Positions 30,659 through 38,159 of a DNA stretch of 64,000 nucleotides are shown here, piece by piece; positions within the stretch are counted from its first letter, which is position 1, and each line of letters begins with the position of its first letter. Under the pieces are notes generated by a model. It did no database searches and was not told the origin of the DNA. It saw nothing but the letters and a program-made list of their open reading frames with translations. Source of the DNA: Dehalococcoidia bacterium (GTDB taxonomy: Bacteria; Chloroflexota; Dehalococcoidia; Plut-88900); NCBI GenBank assembly GCA_965249275.1, contig CBDFLQ010000005.1, positions 352,001 through 416,000 of the forward strand, written 5' to 3'. The position numbers and the translations under genes were made by a program.

Positions 30659-30747
30659 GGGTAAGTGCCGGAACCGGCAGACGGGCTATCCTGCCAAGAT
30701 AGTGGCCCTTCGTGGTCGTAGGGGTTCGATCCCCCTCTTACCCACCA
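30659..30747 (+). tRNA. Class II tRNA with Leu-type body and GCC (Gly) anticodon
   Basis: Acceptor GGGTAAG/CTTACCC + A73 + CCA; D arm CCG-GAACCGGCAGA-CGG; anticodon arm CTATC-CTGCCAA-GATAG; long variable arm; T arm AGGGG-TTCGATC-CCCCT. Confidence 0.9.
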
Positions 30748-30757
30748 ACCCCTCTAA

Positions 30758-30985
30758 TTATCCTCGAGGCGGGAAGGGATCGTTGCCGTAGCTGTCCTTC
30801 TCCCTGATCTTCCCGTCCTTGCCATGTAAGTAATACTCGGCGTCATGGTTTCGAGCAACCTGCCGGCCGTAAGAATCTGCCTCGGCCTGGGTATCGAAGG
30901 ACTTCGTAATCCTCGATGCTCCGCCCTTCCGCACAGCCCACTTATCCCCATAGGGAACGGTGTGTTGAGTTTCTTTGCGTGCCAT
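30758..30985 (-). CDS. DUF2188-family small protein
   Basis: QHTVPYGDKWAVRKGGASRIT..FDTQAEA...LHGKDGKIREKDSYGNDPFPPRG. Confidence 0.8.
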   Translation of the reverse strand: MARKETQHTVPYGDKWAVRKGGASRITKSFDTQAEADSYGRQVARNHDAEYYLHGKDGKIREKDSYGNDPFPPRG

Positions 30986-31002
30986 TACATTACCTCTGTT
31001 AT

Positions 31003-31152
31003 CTAAGGTGCTACCTCTTTATGGTCCTTCCCGTCGTCCTGCTCCTCACCCTTCTTGGGATTCGGCCCCTTCACCACCGCCCGTAGCACATCCTCAAACG
31101 TGTCGGGTATGTGGAGCCTCTCAAACGGGCTTCTGTCTTCGCTCTTTTTCAT
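31003..31152 (-). CDS. Small hypothetical protein (LHIPDTFEDVLRAVVK type)
   Basis: 49-aa ORF co-oriented with the transposase and DUF2188 gene. Confidence 0.5.
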   Translation of the reverse strand: MKKSEDRSPFERLHIPDTFEDVLRAVVKGPNPKKGEEQDDGKDHKEVAP

Positions 31153-31322
31153 CTTATATAGATTATACCCCCACTTGCCTGAGATTGAAACACCTGTGCG
31201 GTATGGCACTATAGAAACTAAGGGGGGGTAAGTAGACGGTAGACTTTACCCTCCCTACCTGTTGATAATTCCAATATAGAAGAAAGCCTTGGAGGTTAAT
31301 CACATCTCCAAGACTCTCATCA

Positions 31323-31411
31323 GCCGTAGTGGTGGAACTGGTAGACACGCCCGGCTTGCACCCGGGTGGACTAATCGTCCGTGCAGGGTTCGAATCCCGC
31401 CTACGGCACCA
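31323..31411 (+). tRNA. Class II tRNA with Leu-type body and TGC (Ala) anticodon
   Basis: Acceptor GCCGTAG/CTACGGC + A73 + CCA; Leu-like GTGGTGGAACTGGTAGACACGC; anticodon arm CCCGG-CTTGCAC-CCGGG; variable arm GGAC-TAATC-GTCC; T arm with one bulged A; no G3:U70. Confidence 0.9.
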
Positions 31412-31501
31412 CTCTTCTTGATCCCTATTTTCATTATAAACACCTCTTCACCTTCCTGTAAATTCGTTGACGTCTACCCCCTGTGGGTGTACCTTGTCCC
31501 C

Positions 31502-31592
31502 GCTTAGGTAGTCTACCCGTACGCTGAACGTTATTTGGGCATGGGGCCGCTCATGCCCCCTTGCCAGTGAAACGGGCCAGGACTGCCTAAGC
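31502..31592 (+). ncRNA. Putative long-hairpin RNA or leader behind its own promoter
   Basis: GCTTAGGTAGTC/GACTGCCTAAGC, CCCGT/ACGGG and GGGCATG/CATGCCC nested stems; TTGACG-17nt-TACCTT at ~31468-31496. Confidence 0.45.
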
Positions 31593-31627
31593 AACGGTCA
31601 CCAGCCTAGCTGCAAGGGGGTTCCAAT

Positions 31628-32173
31628 ATGACAAAAAGCCGAATCGGGTTTTGGCTACTCATCTCTCTAATCCCTATGGGATTACTCACCTTCCTCGGAT
31701 TCATCATAAGCATTGTTCTATTCATAGGGTCCAGTAGTGATGAACCAGAGGGAGCCGAAATAGCATGTACCTTTGTCTTCTTTGCTTCGCTCTTCTACTG
31801 GTGGGGTGCTCTCTTCACCGGCATCGGATTGAAGATATTGTCCAGGCGGGAAAATCAGCAGATGTTTGCTCAAGCTCAGCGATACGCCGAGGTACACGGA
31901 TGGCAACCCATCTCGCAGTCCGCATGGAGAGCACTTAAAGCAGACAGAGCTTCCCTTGCTGTAAGTCGAAGCATTCAGGGGACGATGTATACCCTCACTA
32001 TCGCATCAGGAGTGAACACCACCACTGTCACTAACTTCGCTACACCTCTATGGGCACTACAATTTGGTGACTGGTTATGGGAGAGAACGGGGGGCGAAAA
32101 CATCACCCCAGAGACAGCACAGGCTCAACGGCAAGAATGGTCTCAGAACTTGGCAATCATTCCCACCGTCTAG
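31628..32173 (+). CDS. Hypothetical membrane protein (two N-terminal TM helices; transposon cargo)
   Basis: 181-aa ORF with two hydrophobic segments and AAGGGGG RBS. Confidence 0.7.
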   Translation: MTKSRIGFWLLISLIPMGLLTFLGFIISIVLFIGSSSDEPEGAEIACTFVFFASLFYWWGALFTGIGLKILSRRENQQMFAQAQRYAEVHGWQPISQSAWRALKADRASLAVSRSIQGTMYTLTIASGVNTTTVTNFATPLWALQFGDWLWERTGGENITPETAQAQRQEWSQNLAIIPTV

Positions 32174-32188
32174 CCATCCATACGGTAA

Positions 32189-33106
32189 CTACACATTGGT
32201 AATTAAGTCGTCGTAGGTTAGTCGCTTGCCGTGCGTTCCCTTGATCAACCTCTTCATCTGGTCAAGGGTATCCATGGGCCGGTCGTTGTGCCGCCCAGCG
32301 AACTCGGTGGCATAGCGGCTCAAGTGTTTGGGAGAGACATGGTGGTAAGTACCCATAATCCCCCGCTTGAGCATGGCCCAGTGGCTCTCGATGCTGTTGG
32401 TCGTAACCTCACCCCTAACGTACTCCCCGGTGGCATGATCAACCGCTTCGTGCTTCAAGGGAATACCCCTGTAGGAGAGGTGTCCATCACTGTGCAAGGT
32501 AGCGTCCGGTTCAACGTTGTCGAGAACGAATCCTTGGAGAATGGGTTTCTTCGTAGAGGGAAGCACCTCGGCCTTGATCTGATTAGTTGGCTTATCCAAG
32601 AGCCCCGCCACGATGGCCTTACCTTTAGGCCCTCTCCCCATGCCTCTCCACTTCCCGCCAACGTAGGTCTCATCCACCTCGACAGGCCCTCCGAAGAGTC
32701 CCTGCTCTGACTCCCACGCCTTCCGTATCCTGTGCGCCAAGTGCCAAGCTGATTTTTGGGTAATGTTGAGGTCCCGATGCAATTTCATCGAGGAAACGCC
32801 CTTGAGGTTCGTGGTCATGAGGTAAATGGCGATACCCCACTTGGAGAGAGGAAGGTTGGAACCGTGCATGACGGTGCCAGTTTTGACGGAAAATTCCAGC
32901 TGGCAGTAGGTGCAGTGTAAGGGCTTTACCTTGCGGTTGGGGCGACGGGTGATCTCCATGCCGCCACAGCGGGGGCATGATATACCGCTGGGCCAACGAG
33001 ACTCGATGAATAACTGCTCAGCCTTTTCCTCGGTGGAGAATAATTTAGTGACCTCCAGAAGGGACAAACCCTTCCGATAATGCTTACCTGGGGCGTTCCG
33101 TGCCAT
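32189..33106 (-). CDS. IS1595-family transposase
   Basis: Zn ribbon CPRC...CTYC, KGVSSMKLHRDL, VEVDETYVGG, HSDG, TNSIESHW, HLSRY; start placed at MARNAPG after a TTTACA-17nt-TATAAT promoter. Confidence 0.95.
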   Translation of the reverse strand: MARNAPGKHYRKGLSLLEVTKLFSTEEKAEQLFIESRWPSGISCPRCGGMEITRRPNRKVKPLHCTYCQLEFSVKTGTVMHGSNLPLSKWGIAIYLMTTNLKGVSSMKLHRDLNITQKSAWHLAHRIRKAWESEQGLFGGPVEVDETYVGGKWRGMGRGPKGKAIVAGLLDKPTNQIKAEVLPSTKKPILQGFVLDNVEPDATLHSDGHLSYRGIPLKHEAVDHATGEYVRGEVTTNSIESHWAMLKRGIMGTYHHVSPKHLSRYATEFAGRHNDRPMDTLDQMKRLIKGTHGKRLTYDDLITNV

Positions 33107-33220
33107 GCGCTGATCTCCTACTTCGGCTATCCTTGTTGACATAACTATTATAACACATCTCCTAATTTGTGTAAACAATGCCCAAGCAATGGAGAAAACA
33201 TGGAAAATACTGCTAAAACT

Positions 33221-33250
33221 TGGACACAATTTCAGTGGAAATAGTATCAT
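33221..33250 (+). promoter_or_regulatory. Putative sigma70 promoter for the structured-RNA array
   Basis: TGGACA-18nt-TATCAT immediately upstream of the first structured unit, divergent from the transposase promoter. Confidence 0.5.
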
Positions 33251-33256
33251 ACGGAG

Positions 33257-33410
33257 GGCAGGGTACGCAAGGAATTTATGGCACCAGGAGGCACCAATGG
33301 TCCCCTATCGGGGAATGAAACTCAGCCGGCTCCACTTTGAATAGACGTTCTGCAAAAACGTCGTGGGGTTGGCTACAAGAAGGACATTTTAGACCCTTGC
33401 ATACCCTGCC
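33257..33410 (+). ncRNA. Structured RNA unit 1, with an anticodon-like stem-loop (GCA)
   Basis: Closing stem GGCAGGGTAcGCAAGG/CCTTGCaTACCCTGCC; inner AGCCGGCTCCAC/GTGGGGTTGGCT; hairpin GACGTT-CTGCAAA-AACGTC. Confidence 0.6.
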
Positions 33411-33419
33411 AATACAACG

Positions 33420-33516
33420 TGAGAGGACATGCCTGTTGGTGCAGGCCAGAATTTGCCAAACTCTTGAGAACGTTGGCATATCCAACGTTGCGGTTCGATT
33501 CCGATCCTCTCCGCCA
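33420..33516 (+). tRNA. Irregular (9/3-like, allo-tRNA-like) tRNA with GCC anticodon and G73
   Basis: GAGAGGA/TCCTCTC acceptor core ending GCCA; D arm GCCTG-TTGGTG-CAGGC; AGAAT-TTGCCAA-ACTCT; long extra arm AACGTTGG/CCAACGTT; 3-bp T stem CGG-TTCGATT-CCG. Confidence 0.7.
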
Positions 33517-33542
33517 TCAAATAATTTGTATTATCATATAGA

Positions 33543-33660
33543 TGAGGGGAGTAGTGGTAATCCGGTAGACTCTCGATGTTCCCAACATCGGCATTGCTTA
33601 GGTAGTGTGTGTCAGACGCTGGCACAGAGTTTTTACAGAGGAACCATCTACTCTCCTTCA
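33543..33660 (+). ncRNA. tRNA-like unit with CCC anticodon loop and no canonical T arm
   Basis: TGAGGGGAGTAGTGGT/ACCATCTACTCTCCTTCA stem; Leu-like GGTAGAC; CGATG-TTCCCAA-CATCG; extra arms GCATTGC/GTAGTGT and GTGTCAG/CTGGCAC. Confidence 0.55.
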
Positions 33661-33673
33661 AGATTATACATGT

Positions 33674-33743
33674 CGCAGTCCCTGGCTGTGTGACAGGAAC
33701 GCCTTGGTACCAGCGTTGGGCTTTCAACCTGACTGCGCCTCCA
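33674..33743 (+). ncRNA. Small cloverleaf-like unit
   Basis: CGCAGTC/GACTGCG acceptor-like stem followed by CCTCCA; arms CCTG/CAGG, AACGC/GCGTT and GGG-CTTTCAA-CCT. Confidence 0.4.
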
Positions 33744-33760
33744 TATCTCCTCAATTTGAA

Positions 33761-33874
33761 TGGGAAACAAGATGGACGACCAGACATATGTCACTGTTGG
33801 AGGTTTGGCAAGACCTCCTTGATGAATTAGCGCTCGTGTTCAGCGTCGCTTCATATCTGGTCGTCCATCTCCCA
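33761..33874 (+). ncRNA. Structured RNA unit with long closing stem and TTGGCAA loop
   Basis: AGATGGACGACCAGA/TCTGGTCGTCCATCT 15-bp stem ending CCCA; inner GGAGGT-TTGGCAAG-ACCTCC. Confidence 0.5.
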
Positions 33875-33912
33875 CTGCTTGATGCCTTATTGTATATAAT
33901 TCCCTATTCTTT

Positions 33913-34800
33913 TATACGAAGAGCACTAATTTCATATTTAATACTCAATACATGCCTTACTCCAAAGAGCACATGGAGAAATTTTACTCCCACATCGATA
34001 AAGACGGCAGAAAGTACAGCACTGACAATTTGAGAAGCCCTGCACCCAGACCTAATTTGACTTACGAGTACAAGGGATACAAACCTCACCCCAATGGGTG
34101 GACAGTGTCACTTGAGAGAATGAAGCGACTCGACGCAGAGGGGCGTCTTCATTTTCCGAAAAAGAAGGACGGTCGAATCCGCATAAAGAAATTCCTTGAT
34201 GAAATGCCCGGCGTGCCTATGGGCAATATATGGGATGACATCAGACCTATCTCATCTCACTCTGAAGAACGCCTAGGCTACCCTACCCAGAAACCCTTGG
34301 CCCTGCTAGAACGCGTAATTAGGGCATCCACCAACGAGGGCGATCTAGTTTTGGACCCCTTTGCGGGTTGCGCCACGGCCTGTGTCGCAGCGGAGAAACT
34401 GAAACGGCAGTGGATCGGCATTGACGTGAGCGACCTTGCAGTCAAGCACGTCTTGGAGCGCATCCAGGATGGTTACAACCAGGGCGACTTCCCGGATATC
34501 CTTGAAACAGGGTTCCATCCCGACAAGGTGGATCACTTAGTTATCAGTGGGGAGGCACGCGCCCCGCGCTACCAAGACCGCAAGCCGGAGCTATACGTAC
34601 ACCAGAACGGCAGGTGTGCGGGCTGCCACCTCGAACTCCCGGAGCGCCTTCTGGCCGTGGACCATATTAAGCCGAGATCCAAGGGGGGCGCCGACGCTAT
34701 CGAAAACCTTCAACTCCTCTGCACTGACTGCAACTCCCGCAAAGGCAACCGGGACATGAAATACCTGTTGGAGTCCCTAAAGAGGGACGGAATAATTTAG
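33913..34800 (+). pseudogene. 3' fragment of the DNA methyltransferase with C-terminal HNH nuclease domain
   Basis: GYPTQKPLALLERVI, VLDPFAGCAT (motif I), CAGC...VDHIKPRSKGG...NLQLLCTDCNSRKG; internal ATG at 33952. Confidence 0.9.
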
Positions 34801-34818
34801 AGGCGAGGGCTTTCCAAT

Positions 34819-35757
34819 ATGACCATAGACATTCACAACCACATCTGGACCCGGGAGTATCTTTCCGACCACTGGTGGGATATTTACGCAAACTTTTTCT
34901 CTAGCTATATCACCGACTCCCCATTCTCGGGGACGCCGGAGGAGATAGACCGGAACCTGTTTGCCAAATGCTTTGATCCCGACGGCTCGGAGTGCATAGT
35001 GGAGATGGATGAGGCGGGGATAGACGTGGCCGTGGTCACGGCCATCGACGGGTCATGCGCGCTGGGGGAGGCGCCCAAGTCGATAGAGGAGCAGAACCGG
35101 GAGCTCGCCGACATCTGCGCCGCCTACCCGGAACGCTACATCTTCTTCTCGTGCATCGACCCACGGGCCCCGGGGGCGCTGGAGTTCGTCGAGCGCTCCG
35201 TCGAGGAGTGGAATGCCAAGGGATTCAAGTTTCACCCCAACATGAGTGGGCTGTATCCGTGGCACGAGGCGGCATACCCGATCTACGAACGGCTCCAGGC
35301 TCTCGGGCTTCCCGTCTTGTTTCACACGGGCCAGATGTTCGAGCCTCTCGATCCCAAGTTCAGCCAGCCAAAGGAGCTCATCCAAGTCCTCACCGACTTT
35401 CCGGATTTGAAAGTCATTGCCGCTCATCTCGGCATTGCGTCATGGCGGGAGTTGATTGAAGTGGCGCGGGACAGGCCGAACCTGGTGACAGACTTCTCGG
35501 CGTTCCAGCATGAGGCGGCCAACAACTATGGGAGGTTCTGCATCGTGCTCAGACGGGTGATCGATGGCCTGGGCGTCGATCGCGTCCTATTCGGGTGCGA
35601 CGGCCCAGTGTGGACTCGATGGTATTCCCGCAAGTGGTGGGTAGACCTTGTGAGAAACATGCCTGACAACCCCACGGAGAAGGCGTCGTTTACTCATGAA
35701 GAGGTCGAGGCCATGCTTCACGGCAACGCGGTTCGGGTGTTGGGGCTCGGGGCCTGA
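34819..35757 (+). CDS. Amidohydrolase family 2 protein
   Basis: IDIHNH, GFKFHP, PVLFHTG, IAAHLG, RVLFGCDGP. Confidence 0.9.
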   Translation: MTIDIHNHIWTREYLSDHWWDIYANFFSSYITDSPFSGTPEEIDRNLFAKCFDPDGSECIVEMDEAGIDVAVVTAIDGSCALGEAPKSIEEQNRELADICAAYPERYIFFSCIDPRAPGALEFVERSVEEWNAKGFKFHPNMSGLYPWHEAAYPIYERLQALGLPVLFHTGQMFEPLDPKFSQPKELIQVLTDFPDLKVIAAHLGIASWRELIEVARDRPNLVTDFSAFQHEAANNYGRFCIVLRRVIDGLGVDRVLFGCDGPVWTRWYSRKWWVDLVRNMPDNPTEKASFTHEEVEAMLHGNAVRVLGLGA

Positions 35758-36095
35758 CACTGCAACCCCCACCCCAGCCCTGGATTCCTGCCTCCGCAGG
35801 AATGACGGCATAACGTGCGTTTCGCGTCGAGGCCATGCTGCACGGCAACGCGGTCCGGGTGTTGGGGCTGAAATCGTAGGCTTCTCTTACGCCCACGCGC
35901 CCTTCGGCCCGCTCGACCCTTCGAGAGCCTCCCGCTTCGGCGGATCTGCGACAGGATGAGCGGCGGGAGTGGTGAAACGGGGCAAATACGAGCGGTGGGA
36001 GTGTGAGATGGGGTCAGAGTGATTCTTCTCCTTTGTTGCCCGTTTACGCTATACGTATTACACTGGCCCGACACCAATCAGGGAGACCGAATGCC

Positions 36096-36671
36096 ATGAC
36101 GACCAAGCAACGAGCCACCTATGCCAGTATGGAGACCAGCACCCCCGAGGACTGGGCAATCATCAAAACCCATGGGTCCCAGCGGCGGGACAAGGTCTAT
36201 AACTCCCTGATGGCTATGTTGAAACAGATGGAGCTATCCGACGACGGCGGGCCTGTCACGGGCCTCGAGCACTCCCTGCAGTCGGCCACACGGGCATACG
36301 AGGACGGCGCCGACGATGAGACCGTCTTCATCGCACTGTTCCATGACATCGGGCAGATCGTTTCGCAGGACAATCACTCGGAGGTCGCTGCGGCCATTCT
36401 CAGGCCCTACATCTCGAAGAAGAACCACTGGATCGTCCAGCATCACGGGGAGTTCCAGGGCTACTACTTCTGGCACCACGTGGGCAAGGACCGCAACGCC
36501 CGGGACAAGTACCGGGACAATCCCTACTACCAAGCATGCGTCGACTGGTGCCACAAGTACGACCAGAACGCTTTCGACGCGAACTACCCGACCAAGCCAC
36601 TGGAGTTCTTCGAACCCATCGTGGAGAGGGTAATGTCCCGGGGGCCCTGGCAGGCGTACGAGACTGCGTAG
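36096..36671 (+). CDS. HD-domain metal-dependent phosphohydrolase/oxygenase (PhnZ-like)
   Basis: LEHSLQSATRA, ALFHDIG, NHSEVAA, QHHGEFQ, YDQNAFD. Confidence 0.85.
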   Translation: MTTKQRATYASMETSTPEDWAIIKTHGSQRRDKVYNSLMAMLKQMELSDDGGPVTGLEHSLQSATRAYEDGADDETVFIALFHDIGQIVSQDNHSEVAAAILRPYISKKNHWIVQHHGEFQGYYFWHHVGKDRNARDKYRDNPYYQACVDWCHKYDQNAFDANYPTKPLEFFEPIVERVMSRGPWQAYETA

Positions 36672-36812
36672 CCCCTCCTCCACTCATACTTCGAGAGCCT
36701 CAGCACGAGCGGCCCCACGCCCCCATCAATACTTCAACTGGCCCCTGTGTCCGCTGGAGGTCTATCCTCGACAGTATGAGCGGCCCCACATCCCTCCCTT
36801 AATTGGCGGGGG

Positions 36813-38075
36813 TCAACATGAGGGGCGTTGTGCCACCTCTGAGCCTCCCGGCATCACTGACCGGAATATCCCCGGCAATGTCCTTATACGCTCGCGGTCT
36901 ACGGCGAGGATTCCGACACTGAGGGCGACGTAGAGGGCGGCGAAGGCGAAGCGTGCTTCGTTGGAGCCTAAGAAGGCGAGAGATGTGAAGAGTTCTCCAA
37001 CAAGCTGCAACACCAGTTGCGCGGTGAACAGCACGAATAGAGCGATAGCTCCTCTCAGCGAGATTGACAACTTCAGAATCAGTACTATCGCGAATAGTGA
37101 CTGAGCCGCAGTCAAGAACACTTCTATCGCCTGCTGATTGTTCATCGCCAGCCCAACCACCTCCCACACCGATTGAGACTCAATCCAAGATATGTTGTAA
37201 GCAGTGGGCAGCGTAGCCACTAGCAGGGTCCACTGGTTCACCTTCGAGGACACCAGGATCCCAATCCCGTCCTCCCCTCTGTTCCTTAGCACGAATATGG
37301 CCGCGAGGAGCATCTCGGGGGCCTCCGAGGCCATAGGTGCGACCCACTGGATGAGCAGGAACTCACTAAGGCCGAGGCTGTGACCTGTCTCTTTAAGGCT
37401 TTCGACGAAAGGTTCGGCAACTATCAGAATTGTCCCTGCGGCTACGACAAATAAAGCTAATACCACGGTGCGGCGCTTTGCCGTAGGCAGTGCCCCTATC
37501 AGAGCCGAGGGGCCAACCAGCTCCGCCTCCACCACTTCCGACTTGAAGTTGGTCCAAACGAAGAGGCAGAAGAGGGCGCCGAGGACGAGGGTGTCGGCGA
37601 GGTGAAGCTGGCCCCTGAGAACGATAGTGAATGCGTACAGGGTGGCAATGAGCAGGATGGCCAGGGCAGGAGAGGCCCCGCCGCCGATGGACAGAGCCCT
37701 CTTGCGGGTCTTGAACCAGTAAATAAATACAACGAGGCTCCAGCCGATGCCAATGAGGAGTCGGTTGGCGCCGGTCATGTTGGCCGTGGCGAGGTTGGCG
37801 TTATCGGGGATGTAGGCGGCGGTCCAGGCCAGATAGACGTCGATGGCGTATTCGGGGAGGACGGCGACGATGGCGAGGACGGAGATGGCGAGGGCCTTGG
37901 GGATGTCGATCTCGGCGACTTCGGAGGCCCAGGACAAGAGGAATGCACTCCCGATTATGGCCAGCCCGAACAATGAAGCGGCTGCAACGTCCGGGAGGTG
38001 CGCCCCAGAGCTCCAAATAGCGAGGCCGGGGACTGTCGCGCCGATGGCAATCGGGATCCAGATGGCCTGTTTCAT
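36813..38075 (-). CDS. Sodium/calcium exchanger (CaCA) family antiporter
   Basis: Alpha repeats AVLPEYA...ANMTGAN and APMASEAPE...SSKVNQ. Confidence 0.88.
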   Translation of the reverse strand: MKQAIWIPIAIGATVPGLAIWSSGAHLPDVAAASLFGLAIIGSAFLLSWASEVAEIDIPKALAISVLAIVAVLPEYAIDVYLAWTAAYIPDNANLATANMTGANRLLIGIGWSLVVFIYWFKTRKRALSIGGGASPALAILLIATLYAFTIVLRGQLHLADTLVLGALFCLFVWTNFKSEVVEAELVGPSALIGALPTAKRRTVVLALFVVAAGTILIVAEPFVESLKETGHSLGLSEFLLIQWVAPMASEAPEMLLAAIFVLRNRGEDGIGILVSSKVNQWTLLVATLPTAYNISWIESQSVWEVVGLAMNNQQAIEVFLTAAQSLFAIVLILKLSISLRGAIALFVLFTAQLVLQLVGELFTSLAFLGSNEARFAFAALYVALSVGILAVDRERIRTLPGIFRSVMPGGSEVAQRPSC

Positions 38076-38159
38076 GGGGTGTGGGGGGTCGGGGGTGGGG
38101 GACTTGACATTATTTGAGTTTAAGGTAGCTGAAGTTCCGAGGGACTGATAGCACTTCCA

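Larger units (their letters stand above)
30105..33904 (-). mobile_element. IS1595-family cargo transposon (3800 bp) carrying tRNA and tRNA-like genes
   Basis: Perfect 25-bp TIR GGGAATTATATACAATAAGGCATCA; 8-bp TSD TATTCTTT (30097-30104 and 33905-33912); internal IS1595 transposase; more AT-rich than flanks. Confidence 0.95.

Noticed and set aside
30659-31411. tRNAs as integration (att) sites of a genomic island
   Set aside because: Both lie inside the TIR/TSD-defined transposon; no duplicated tRNA 3' end and no integrase.
30659-31411. Ordinary tRNA-Gly and tRNA-Ala annotation
   Set aside because: Long variable arms, Leu-type D loops and missing U73 (Gly) or G3:U70 (Ala) contradict the anticodon-based calls.
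31515-31576. Possible hammerhead ribozyme (CTGA...GAAAC)
   Set aside because: No CUGANGA core in the required position; folds as a simple nested hairpin.
33420-33516. Host tRNA-Sec (selC) serving the nearby selenoproteins
   Set aside because: Anticodon is GCC rather than TCA, and the T stem is 3 bp.
33276-34033. Short ORFs over the structured-RNA array
   Set aside because: Mutually overlapping, no recognisable motifs; the region is better explained by RNA stems.
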